From: Kiritimatiellia bacterium
GTDB lineage: Bacteria; Verrucomicrobiota; Kiritimatiellia; RFP12; UBA1067
Direction of reading: 5' to 3'
DNA: 64,000 nucleotides
Assembly (NCBI GenBank): GCA_017403825.1
Contig: JAFRDO010000014.1
Span: 629-64,628 of the forward strand
Position numbers and translations under genes: made by a program. Below the pieces are notes generated by a model, which was not told the origin of the DNA, searched no databases, and saw nothing but the letters and a program-made list of their open reading frames with translations. Of the stretch, positions 1-8,064 are shown piece by piece; position 1 is the first letter of the stretch, and each line of letters starts with the position of its first letter.

Positions 1-2894
1 TCGGCCGAACGGATGCCCCTGGAATAGCGGCACTCGTCAACCCAGCCGTTCAACGCACCAGTGCCGAGCTCCTGACCTCCGATCACGAGGTTGTCGTACA
101 CTGCCGTGTCGTCGTTCGCGACCGGATGCTTGAGCGTAATGGTTGACTGAAGGTTTCCATTGAGATAGGCGCTGGCGGTCTGGTTGCTGAACACAAACGT
201 CCAGCAGGCCCACTTTTCGTGCGAATAGCCGTTCACATTGAACAGTGCGTACTCGTTCTTGACCGTGCTCCCGCCGTACGCGCGAATCTGGCTTGCGGAA
301 TTGCCGTCATGGTACTGGACGCCCCAGCCGTTGCTTGCATCTTCGCTCTTGCGGCTCACGAGATACGCCCAGCCGGGCTTGGAGTCCGCCAACTTACTCC
401 AGCAGGAGTACGTGAACACGTTCCCGACACTTGTGCGGAGAATGTCGTCATGGTCGTACACGACGATGTTTCCGTAGGTGGAGGACGTGCCGGCTTGCTG
501 CGCCACACGACGGCAGTAGCCGATACGCCCGTTGCTGTTTGCCAGCGAATTCGCGTGCGTCTCGCCGACGAGGTTGTTGGTCGTGGAGTCGACGACATCT
601 ACGATCCCGTCCGACTTCTCGTTCATGTGCCACACGCCGACGTACTTCTCGAAGACGTTGCCGGGGTCGGCGGGCGGATCGATGAGCGGGCTGCGGTAGC
701 ACATCGTGAACGTCGTCCCGTTGTTCATCTCCGGGAGGCGCACCCAGATGAGCGTCTGGCCGTTCGGATTCCACGTGTCGATCTCGTGCGGAATCACGTG
801 CCCCTTGTCATCGACGAACGCGATGTCCTCGCCGTGGAAGCGATAGAAGTCGTCGTAGGTGAAGCCGTTCGTATCGTTCTTGCGGACATCGACCAGAACC
901 GGGAAGCTCGTGAGCGTCTCCGTTCCCGTGTAGCCCGTCACCGTGAACGGCAGGTAGCGCTCGAAGTCGTTCGCCACCCAGTAGGCGTTGGTGCCGTCCG
1001 TGAAAAAGTGCGTCTCCGACGTGCCGATCGTCTCTCCCGTCTCGCCGCGGGTCGTGAACGTGCCGGTGACAGGCGTTGTCTCGACCCCGCTGTTTCCGAC
1101 CGCGCGGAGCGCGTAGCTGTACGCCGTGCCCGCCGTCAGGTTCGTGACGACAGCCGCGAAATCGTCATTCAGCCCAAGGCCCGCCTTGAGTGTCGTCCAG
1201 TTCTCCGGCTCGCTCTCGCCAGTCGGCCAGAACTTGCCCTGGACGTCACAGGTCGTCGCACCGCCGATAGCCGTGACCGTGCCGCCGATCTTGACGAAGT
1301 CGTACGCAATCGTCTGGATGCCCGCCGTGCCAGAGACCGAAGACCATTCGACGTCAAACCAGCTTTCTGTCGTGAACGTGCCGGAGACGGAATTCGTATC
1401 CGCATTGTCGACGCCGACGGCCTGAAGCTTGTAGTTGTAGGCGGTGGAAGGGGCCAACTCCGTGAAGGTGGTCTCAAACGTATCGGCCAGCACAAGTCCA
1501 TTCGTAAGCGATGTCCAATTCTCCGGCTCGCTTCCGCTTGTTGGCCAGACCTTGCCTTCGATGGCGCACGAGGTGGCCTCGCCCAAATTCAGCACCGTTC
1601 CGCCAAACGTCACGGAATCGTAGGTCGTCATCGCAACGCCAGGGGTGGCGCCGGAGTCGTTCACCCACGTTACGTCAAGCGCGTCCGACGGCACAACCGT
1701 GACGAAGTTCGGATTGTTCACCGTGTCATAGTCGGCCTTGACCCAATCGGCGCTTGCGGGGCCGGCGCTCAAGCGAACTTCGTCGATCCAACCGTTCCAG
1801 GCATTTTCGCCAACACCATCACCAATGCCAGCTACATTGTTTCCGAAACAAAGCGGCTGATTATTGTCAACAACTGGCGTGAAACTGACCGCTTCCGCAC
1901 ATTGGAACCCATTCGTGTAAACAGTACACATATGGTTATCACCGTTGTACGAGAAGGTTAGGTATGCCCATTTGTTGAACACGACGCCTTGAAGGTTGAC
2001 CACAGAGGTGTTGTCATTGCCAGTACCGTAAATGCAGACCGAGCTCTTGTCTTTATTCTTATCGTTCATCTGGATGGCGAACGATCCCTTCTGTCCAGAG
2101 GCATTGTTGGCAACAGATCTCTTGAAAAAGACCTTGTCATAACGATACATCGTCGTGCCATGTCTGTACTTGAACCACCCGGAAATCGTAAAAGACGATC
2201 CGAGGTCAAGGGGGCCGTTGTCCCCGCTGTCAGGGACAAAAACGCCACCATAGATAATCTTGTCCTTGGCAGAATTCTTCCAATTATCCTCGTTCTTGGC
2301 GACACAAACCGATTTCCCGATGACGCCTGATTCATTTGCAATGGAACGGCATGCTTTCTGGCCGTCAATGCCTGCTGTGGCCGTCGAATTCGGATAGGTT
2401 CCGTAGGCGCTCGCATTGTTCGTTTCATTCAGGTGCCAAACGCCGACATACTTGCTCCAGGGGTTGGTGTCGTTCGTGACATACACACCGTCCGCGACGT
2501 TGTAACACATGAAGAATCTCGTGCCCTTCGTCATGGTCGGAAGCTTTACCCATACAAGCATCTCGCCTGTGTTTCCGACGGTTTTATTGATATCCCAAGT
2601 GTCCTTTTCAAGTGCAAGGCGCGTACCGTCTTCGGCAAAGAAAGCCAAGTCATAGCCAAGGGCCTTGCCATACCTGTTTGTTGCGGACATGTCGGCAAAG
2701 TGGAAGCCGGGAATGCCCGCTTCCGATACGCGCACCAGCACGGGGAAGTTCGTAAGGGTAGACGTTCCAGTATAGCCATCGACCTTCAGCTTGATTGAAT
2801 GGGCGAAGTCGGCCATCGTCAATGAGTCCACCGCCTTCGCGCTGGATGCGGCAAGGCAAATCGCCGCTGAAAGAATCAGGGTAATCTTTTTCAT
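1..2894 (-). CDS. Secreted DUF2341 + LamG/concanavalin-like repeat protein (C-terminus runs off the left edge; not in the ORF track because there is no stop in the window)
   Basis: Manual reverse translation from ATG 2894..2892 (AGGAGG-type RBS just upstream) stays open to position 3. It begins with the signal peptide MKKITLILSAAICLAASSAKA. Two DUF2341-like blocks are present (TNFPVLVRVSE...MLVWVKLPTM and TSFPVLVDVRK...TLIWVRLPEM), each followed by a LamG-like module ending NGW(I/V)DE(V/C)R(L/Y)S. Two ~105-aa FN3-like repeats lie between them. The + ORF 219..1961 is its codon-register antisense shadow. Confidence 0.75.
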   Translation of the reverse strand, partial: MKKITLILSAAICLAASSAKAVDSLTMADFAHSIKLKVDGYTGTSTLTNFPVLVRVSEAGIPGFHFADMSATNRYGKALGYDLAFFAEDGTRLALEKDTWDINKTVGNTGEMLVWVKLPTMTKGTRFFMCYNVADGVYVTNDTNPWSKYVGVWHLNETNNASAYGTYPNSTATAGIDGQKACRSIANESGVIGKSVCVAKNEDNWKNSAKDKIIYGGVFVPDSGDNGPLDLGSSFTISGWFKYRHGTTMYRYDKVFFKRSVANNASGQKGSFAIQMNDKNKDKSSVCIYGTGNDNTSVVNLQGVVFNKWAYLTFSYNGDNHMCTVYTNGFQCAEAVSFTPVVDNNQPLCFGNNVAGIGDGVGENAWNGWIDEVRLSAGPASADWVKADYDTVNNPNFVTVVPSDALDVTWVNDSGATPGVAMTTYDSVTFGGTVLNLGEATSCAIEGKVWPTSGSEPENWTSLTNGLVLADTFETTFTELAPSTAYNYKLQAVGVDNADTNSVSGTFTTESWFDVEWSSVSGTAGIQTIAYDFVKIGGTVTAIGGATTCDVQGKFWPTGESEPENWTTLKAGLGLNDDFAAVVTNLTAGTAYSYALRAVGNSGVETTPVTGTFTTRGETGETIGTSETHFFTDGTNAYWVANDFERYLPFTVTGYTGTETLTSFPVLVDVRKNDTNGFTYDDFYRFHGEDIAFVDDKGHVIPHEIDTWNPNGQTLIWVRLPEMNNGTTFTMCYRSPLIDPPADPGNVFEKYVGVWHMNEKSDGIVDVVDSTTNNLVGETHANSLANSNGRIGYCRRVAQQAGTSSTYGNIVVYDHDDILRTSVGNVFTYSCWSKLADSKPGWAYLVSRKSEDASNGWGVQYHDGNSASQIRAYGGSTVKNEYALFNVNGYSHEKWACWTFVFSNQTASAYLNGNLQSTITLKHPVANDDTAVYDNLVIGGQELGTGALNGWVDECRYSRGIRSA
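1041..1690 (-). repeat. Two tandem ~105-aa FN3-like coding repeats inside the DUF2341/LamG gene
   Basis: The two translated units align by eye: ...VTWVNDSGATPGVAMTTYDSVTFGGTVLNLGEATSCAIEGKVWPTSGSEPENWTSL...GTFTTE versus ...VEWSSVSGTAGIQTIAYDFVKIGGTVTAIGGATTCDVQGKFWPTGESEPENWTTL...GTFTTRG. Confidence 0.7.
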
Positions 2895-2915
2895 CGCTCT
2901 CTTCCTCCTTTCCCC

Positions 2916-3752
2916 TTACTCGGCCCTTATCACCCTGAAGAACCGACAGTCGGCGGACTGCGCCGTCCCGATCGATATCTTCGCGCCGCTCTTGCCATCG
3001 ACTACTTCCGCACAGCTGTCTTCCTGAAGATTACCAGGATCCGAGCCAGAAATTATGGTATAGGAGAGGAATGGCACGGTATCCGCCACCTCAAGCCAGA
3101 CCTCGCCGGCAGTATCCAACAGGTCAAGCCTAGTGATTCGCGGCGGCATCACCGAATCTGGCACCGCAGAAAGGGTGCTTGCGCAGGATCCCTCGTCGGC
3201 AAGGCCGGCAGACGACACAGCGGCGAGGCTTGCGCTGGAAGAAGCCTTTTTCGCTACTACCGAAGGAAGCGTCAGGGCAGAAGCCGATGCAGGCTCAACC
3301 GTCACGCCGCTCCTGACGATGCCCCAGCGGTTGACGCGGAGCGGAACGTTGTCCTTGACTCCCGCCGGAATGCCGGACGCCGTGCGCGTGTCAACAAGGC
3401 ACACGGCCCACTCGCCGCCCTCAAGCTCCGCATATTCATCGGCAGGAACCTGAAAGAGCGTGTCGCGGCATTTGCCGCCGCTCGCAAGCGGAGCCGCAAG
3501 TACAACACGGTCTTGCGAGGAAATCGTCGAGCCATCGGCATTGAAACCGGAGAAAACAGAGCCCTTAGGCGACCAGACAAGCGCATAGCACTCGCCGTCC
3601 ACGACTGCAGAACCATCCGCATAGCGGTCGGTTCCAGATGTCGAGAACCGCAGCACCTTATCCTCAATTGACGAAAACGCAACGCCGGACAGCATGATTA
3701 CACACGCCACCCACGTCATCCGCCACCGGAAAACTATATCGTGCCCATTCAT
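2916..3752 (-). CDS. Hypothetical secreted protein, first gene of a two-gene unit with the DUF2341/LamG gene
   Basis: 278-aa ORF with a signal-peptide-like N-terminus (MNGHDIVFRWRMTWVACVIMLSGVAFS) and normal amino-acid composition. It ends 21 nt before the next start. No recognisable domain. Confidence 0.6.
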   Translation of the reverse strand: MNGHDIVFRWRMTWVACVIMLSGVAFSSIEDKVLRFSTSGTDRYADGSAVVDGECYALVWSPKGSVFSGFNADGSTISSQDRVVLAAPLASGGKCRDTLFQVPADEYAELEGGEWAVCLVDTRTASGIPAGVKDNVPLRVNRWGIVRSGVTVEPASASALTLPSVVAKKASSSASLAAVSSAGLADEGSCASTLSAVPDSVMPPRITRLDLLDTAGEVWLEVADTVPFLSYTIISGSDPGNLQEDSCAEVVDGKSGAKISIGTAQSADCRFFRVIRAE

Positions 3753-3763
3753 AGGAACGCGAC

Positions 3764-3772
3764 ATTATAGCA
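3764..3772 (-). promoter_or_regulatory. Extended -10 promoter element TGCTATAAT (minus strand) for the 3752 gene; transcript nearly leaderless
   Basis: The reverse complement of 3764..3772 is TGCTATAAT. The hexamer ends ~11 nt from ATG 3752. Confidence 0.4.
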
Positions 3773-3907
3773 TTTCTGAACTATTGTTGCAACCGGGGGC
3801 TGCTGAGCCGCACGAAAAATCCTTCCCCTATTGAATTGGGTACACAATTAAGCCAAACTGCGCCTATCGAGAATTGAGAGGTTCCGATTCCACTACCCAT
3901 TCAGATT

Positions 3908-3916
3908 TGCTATAAT
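3908..3916 (+). promoter_or_regulatory. Extended -10 promoter element TGCTATAAT for the hybrid kinase at 3938
   Basis: GATTTGCTATAAT at 3904..3916, with RBS GAAGG at 3926..3930 and ATG at 3938. The same 13-mer recurs at 59638..59650. Confidence 0.45.
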
Positions 3917-3937
3917 ACGGACCGTGAAGGTGATAAA

Positions 3938-6900
3938 ATGAAAGAAGGCGAAAACACTGTTGAAAGATATATCCGCGACGACCGGATGCTGTTCAGTTCG
4001 ATTGTGAAGCATATCGCTCAAGCCGCGCCGAATGAGGATCCTTCGGATTTCATTCTTGCCTCAATCGGGCAGAGCGTGGGGGCGGACCGCTGCTATGTCT
4101 ACCGGTTCTGGAATCCCGGCAAGTCCTCCATGTGCACAAATACGCATGAGTGGTGCGCCGAGGGCATCAAGCCCGAGATCGGCGGACAGCAGACGTGCAA
4201 CCTCGCAGACCTCGTCGAGTTCAACGCCCACATCATGTCGGGGCGCGACTTTTTCTTCACGGACATCAACGCCATCGACTCCGGCTCGCGCGAATGGCTC
4301 GCGCCGCAGGGCATCCAGTCGCTCATCGTGACCCCGCTCGTGGGAGCCAACAACACGATCTGCGGGTTCGCGGGGTTCGACTTCGTCAAGGCTCCGTGCA
4401 AAGAGTTCACGGAACGCATCGTCTTCAACATCCACCAGGCGGCGGATCTGCTCCTCAACTGCCAGCGGATGCACGAGCATGGCCTGGCGCGTCGGGACAT
4501 CCCGCAGCAGGAGGACGAGCACCAGAAGTACGACCTCGATTTCGAGAGAGCGCTGGCCGCGCTCCATGGCGACGTACACACCATGCGCCCGGCGCAGATG
4601 CTGGAGATCGTGCGTAAAAGTCTGGACGCCGACTTCTGCGACATCATGCGTGACATACGCCCGGAAGGCGGCGGAACGATTTTTGCGGGCCATGCGCTGA
4701 CGCGCGACGGCGTGACGAACACGCGGGACTTGGCAATCAACCAGAAGGCCGCGCGCGCCCTCAACATGCGGCTCCTGACAAGTTCCGTCGTCACGCTCCG
4801 CGAAAGCGAGATTTCCTGGCTGGAGGAGAACATCGAGGCCGAAGATTTAATGTCCGACCTCGCGGGAAAGCTAAAAACGCTCCATTTCACCGGCGTCCAC
4901 CAGGATGGAAAGCTCGTCGGCATCATGTGCGCCGGCTTTGTTGCCGACGATCACCCGCTCACGCCGCTCCAGATCGGCTTCCTGAGGCGTTCGGCCTTCG
5001 TCATCGTCTCGGCCCTGGAACGCATCTCGACCTACCATGAACTGTCCGTCGCGCTGAACGTCGCCAACCTCAAGGCCGAAGTCGTGGAGTTCATCTTCAA
5101 GCATGAGGACTACACGGAGATCATGGAATTCCTCGGCTCGAAGGTGTGCGCGATCACCGGCGCGCAGCATCTCATGCTGAGTTCCGACGACGGGTCGCGC
5201 AGCGACTGGTTCGGCGCGGACGCTCCGGAATGCTGCCGCAACTGCGTGAAGGCATCCACATGCGCCGGCAAGCAATTGCCGCAAGACTTCCTCGCGGATC
5301 GCGAGACGATGATATTCCTGGACGGGGATCCGCTGCCGGACATGAATCGTCCTCCATACTGCCCGATGACGTCGGCCGCCGTCGCGCAGTTCAAGAAAGG
5401 CGCCGGCTGGTGGCGCCTGGTGGCCGACTATACGCACCCGCACAAGCACAACATGGACATGGTCGCGCGCGGTCTGCGTACCGCGCTGGAGTTTCTGGCC
5501 ATTGCGTATGACAGGGAGTGCCGCGAAAAGACGATCAAGCAGATGCAGGTGCATCAACAGTTCAGGGCTGACGCGCTCGCCTATGCGCTTTCAAGGGACA
5601 ACTTGCCGGGCCTGATCGACCTTACGCTGCATCGGCTGCTCGAACTGACCGCATGCGACTACATCGCGATCCACTCCGTTGACGGAGACCATAAAATGCT
5701 GTATCCCGGCGAAAAGCTGAAGACATGTCCGGGGCGTTGCGAGGCCTGTTCGTTCTACAAGCTGACGATCCCGCCTGTAGAGGACGCCGACCATGTCATC
5801 GAGCTGAACGACACGAAGCACCAGGCCATCACGTCGCTTCCGACCGAATGTCCGGCGAAGTCACTTGAGGTCATCATAGTATATTGCGAAGGGAAACCCT
5901 GGGGCGGCATTGCGCTCCACTATACCAACCGGCAGCACAGGATTTCGGAGAACGACCGTCAAACGCTCAAAATCGCCGCCAACGTGCTGACGCTGGCCCT
6001 TGAACGCCACGCCGCCGCCGTCAGACTGAAGACCGAACACGACCGAGTGGTGGAGGCCGAGAAGACCAGAAGCTACTTCTTCTCGGCGGTTTCTCACGAC
6101 ATCCGCACACCGCTCAACGCCATCATCGGCTTTTCAGAGCTCCTGCAGGCCGGCGATGTTCCGCCGGAGGAGGCGAAGCAGAATCTCGACATGATTGTGT
6201 CGAGCAGCAAGATGCTCCTGCAACTTGTGGATGACGTCCTTGACCTCTCGAAGATGGATCTCGGAAAGCTCAATTTCAACCATGAGCCGACCGATGTCGG
6301 CGAACTTCTGCGTGAAGCCGTGTTGGCCTTCCGGCCGATGATGGCCAAGAAAGGCCAGACCTTCGTCCTTGAGATTGCCGACATGCCGCGCCTCATGGTC
6401 GACTCCTTCCGGTTCCGCCAGATGATGTTCAACTACATCAACAATGCGGTCAAGTACGCGGGGCCGTGCACAATCCGCATCACGTCCACCTACGAGGATG
6501 GTCGGCTCAAGCTGACGGTCGCAGATAACGGCAAGGGCGTTTCGCCCGATAAGGCCAAGCGTCTCATGCAGCCTTTCGTGCAGGCCGACATCAAGAACCG
6601 CACGGAGGGAAGCGGATTGGGCCTTGCGATCTGCAAGCGTCTTGTGGAACTTGCGCATGGCACGCTTGCGATCGACACCGCCCCCGGCAAGGGCTTCGTG
6701 ATCCATGTCAAAGTGCCGATTGACCTCGCGCCCGAGGAGCAGGCGAGCGACAAGGTCGGCGCTCTATCGACGATTGAGGTGTCCCATCTACCCAAACGAA
6801 TCCTTTTGGTGGACGATTCGCCCGTGAACCGCGCTGTGCTGAAGGCCATGTTGAAGAAGATCAACATCACGGACATCGAACTCGCGGAGGACGGCAAGGT

Positions 6901-7159
6901 GGCGCTTGACAAGCTCAAACGTGACCCAACGTTCGATTTGGTCATGTCCGACATGTGGATGCCCGTCATGGACGGTGCCGAACTCGTCAAACGCATCCGG
7001 GCGGACGAGCGTCTCGCAAAGCTGAAGGTGTGTTCGATCACCGCAGACGTGGAATCCTGCACGACCTACAGGGAAAAGGGCTTCGATTCGTTGCTCCTGA
7101 AACCCGTGACCATCAAGAAGCTGATGGATCTCTTTGCCGGCGCTCGTTTCCAAAACTAA
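3938..7159 (+). CDS. Hybrid sensor histidine kinase (cytoplasmic GAF-type sensor region - HisKA - HATPase_c - REC)
   Basis: 1073-aa ORF. H-box SYFFSAVSHDIRTPLNAIIGFSELL, ATP-binding G-boxes (DNGKGV..., GSGLGLAICKRL), and a C-terminal receiver (ILLVDDSPVNRAVL...SDMWMPVMDG...LLKP). No TM segments are obvious. Confidence 0.9.
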   Translation: MKEGENTVERYIRDDRMLFSSIVKHIAQAAPNEDPSDFILASIGQSVGADRCYVYRFWNPGKSSMCTNTHEWCAEGIKPEIGGQQTCNLADLVEFNAHIMSGRDFFFTDINAIDSGSREWLAPQGIQSLIVTPLVGANNTICGFAGFDFVKAPCKEFTERIVFNIHQAADLLLNCQRMHEHGLARRDIPQQEDEHQKYDLDFERALAALHGDVHTMRPAQMLEIVRKSLDADFCDIMRDIRPEGGGTIFAGHALTRDGVTNTRDLAINQKAARALNMRLLTSSVVTLRESEISWLEENIEAEDLMSDLAGKLKTLHFTGVHQDGKLVGIMCAGFVADDHPLTPLQIGFLRRSAFVIVSALERISTYHELSVALNVANLKAEVVEFIFKHEDYTEIMEFLGSKVCAITGAQHLMLSSDDGSRSDWFGADAPECCRNCVKASTCAGKQLPQDFLADRETMIFLDGDPLPDMNRPPYCPMTSAAVAQFKKGAGWWRLVADYTHPHKHNMDMVARGLRTALEFLAIAYDRECREKTIKQMQVHQQFRADALAYALSRDNLPGLIDLTLHRLLELTACDYIAIHSVDGDHKMLYPGEKLKTCPGRCEACSFYKLTIPPVEDADHVIELNDTKHQAITSLPTECPAKSLEVIIVYCEGKPWGGIALHYTNRQHRISENDRQTLKIAANVLTLALERHAAAVRLKTEHDRVVEAEKTRSYFFSAVSHDIRTPLNAIIGFSELLQAGDVPPEEAKQNLDMIVSSSKMLLQLVDDVLDLSKMDLGKLNFNHEPTDVGELLREAVLAFRPMMAKKGQTFVLEIADMPRLMVDSFRFRQMMFNYINNAVKYAGPCTIRITSTYEDGRLKLTVADNGKGVSPDKAKRLMQPFVQADIKNRTEGSGLGLAICKRLVELAHGTLAIDTAPGKGFVIHVKVPIDLAPEEQASDKVGALSTIEVSHLPKRILLVDDSPVNRAVLKAMLKKINITDIELAEDGKVALDKLKRDPTFDLVMSDMWMPVMDGAELVKRIRADERLAKLKVCSITADVESCTTYREKGFDSLLLKPVTIKKLMDLFAGARFQN

Positions 7160-7165
7160 ATGCGA

Positions 7166-7190
7166 CCTTCCCCGGGGAAGGCACTTTTAT
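7166..7190 (+). terminator. Putative intrinsic terminator after the first kinase
   Basis: Perfect palindrome CCTTCCCCGGGGAAGG (7166..7181) followed by CACTTTTAT, 7 nt after the stop at 7159. Confidence 0.45.
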
Positions 7191-7369
7191 CGTCTGTCTA
7201 TCGCCAACATGCCGTGAAACCTCGCCATCCATTCGGAACAACTAAATGCCACCAATCCCATCCACCACCTTCGGAACAAGTAATTGCGACTACCATAGTC
7301 ACATTGAGTTTGGGAAGAAAGCAAATGACCTTCCAACGCACTTCCGGCTTTACGGGAAAGGCGTGATGA

Positions 7370-7378
7370 TGATATAAT
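7370..7378 (+). promoter_or_regulatory. Extended -10-like element TGATATAAT upstream of the Hpt gene
   Basis: Exact TGATATAAT lies in the AT-rich 7160..7529 spacer, ~150 nt upstream of ATG 7530. Confidence 0.35.
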
Positions 7379-7529
7379 ATTCGCCAAACAATTCAGAGAA
7401 TAGAGCGAGCAGAGACATGGAGAATGAAGATTCGTTGGCGAACAGCACGGATATGCATGGAAAGACGATGATTCTCCTCAATGATTCTACCATGTCAAAC
7501 TGGGTGATTACAAGGAAAAGGAGCAAGTC

Positions 7530-7838
7530 ATGAAGGAATGTTGCAGGAAATACCTGATTGAACAGTTCGGAGATGATGCGGAGGTCGTGGATGCGATCTA
7601 CGCCGAGTATGTCTCCTCTGTCGGCGTCAAGCTAGCCGAAGCAGATGCGGCGCTAGTCGCAGACGCGTGGGACACGCTGGACAGGGTGGCCCACACCGTC
7701 AAGGGCAACTCACTCTCTGTTGGCGACCAGCAGATGGCCGATACGGCCATTGCGCTTCGAAGCGCCGCCAAATTGCAGGAACGCGACCAGACGGCACAGC
7801 TCATCGCAGACATGAAGGCGCTCGCGGAACAGCTCTGA
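7530..7838 (+). CDS. Stand-alone histidine phosphotransfer (Hpt) protein
   Basis: 102 aa with RBS AAGGAG upstream. Contains the Hpt signature around the phospho-His ([14 protein letters not shown]) in a predicted helical context. Confidence 0.75.
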   Translation: MKECCRKYLIEQFGDDAEVVDAIYAEYVSSVGVKLAEADAALVADAWDTLDRVAHTVKGNSLSVGDQQMADTAIALRSAAKLQERDQTAQLIADMKALAEQL

Positions 7839-7854
7839 CTACTACTACGTAGCC

Positions 7855-8064
7855 ATGGCAAGTTTCCTTGAAAGATCTAAGGGCGGCGTGATCTTCAAGA
7901 TGAAGGACGATCCGCGCATCACGAAGGTGGGCCGCTTCCTCAGGCGCACGAGCATGGACGGGCTGCGGAACGTGTTCATCGGCGACATGAGCCTCGTGGG
8001 GCCGCGTCTGCCCGTCCCGAGCGAAGTGGACAACCTATTTCACATAGGAGGTGGAATGGCATGA
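7855..8064 (+). pseudogene. Relic of a polyprenyl-phosphate sugar transferase (Bac_transf core only, 69 codons)
   Basis: The ORF contains [36 protein letters not shown]. The intact paralog at 43546..44877 has [38 protein letters not shown]. The relic lacks the PQL residues, all TM segments and the C-terminal part. Its stop overlaps the next start (ATGA). Confidence 0.55.

Noticed and set aside
219-1961. 580-aa + strand ORF (MRIAVHIEQCVLVLDRAPAV...)
   Set aside because: The composition is Arg/Val/Asp/Ala-rich and nonsense-like. It lies in exact codon register antisense to a minus-strand frame that translates into a convincing signal peptide plus DUF2341/LamG protein. It is a typical high-GC shadow ORF.
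7160-7387. Small ORFs 7160..7366 (+) and 7187..7387 (-) in the spacer after the first kinase
   Set aside because: The region is AT-rich intergenic sequence containing a terminator and promoter-like elements. The ORFs have no RBS and odd composition.
7417-7533. 38-codon ORF ([38 protein letters not shown]) ending in an ATGA overlap with the Hpt start
   Set aside because: It is too short, has no convincing RBS, and the receiver-like 'MILLNDS' resemblance is weak. I could not support it as a gene. It might be a leader peptide, but the evidence is insufficient.
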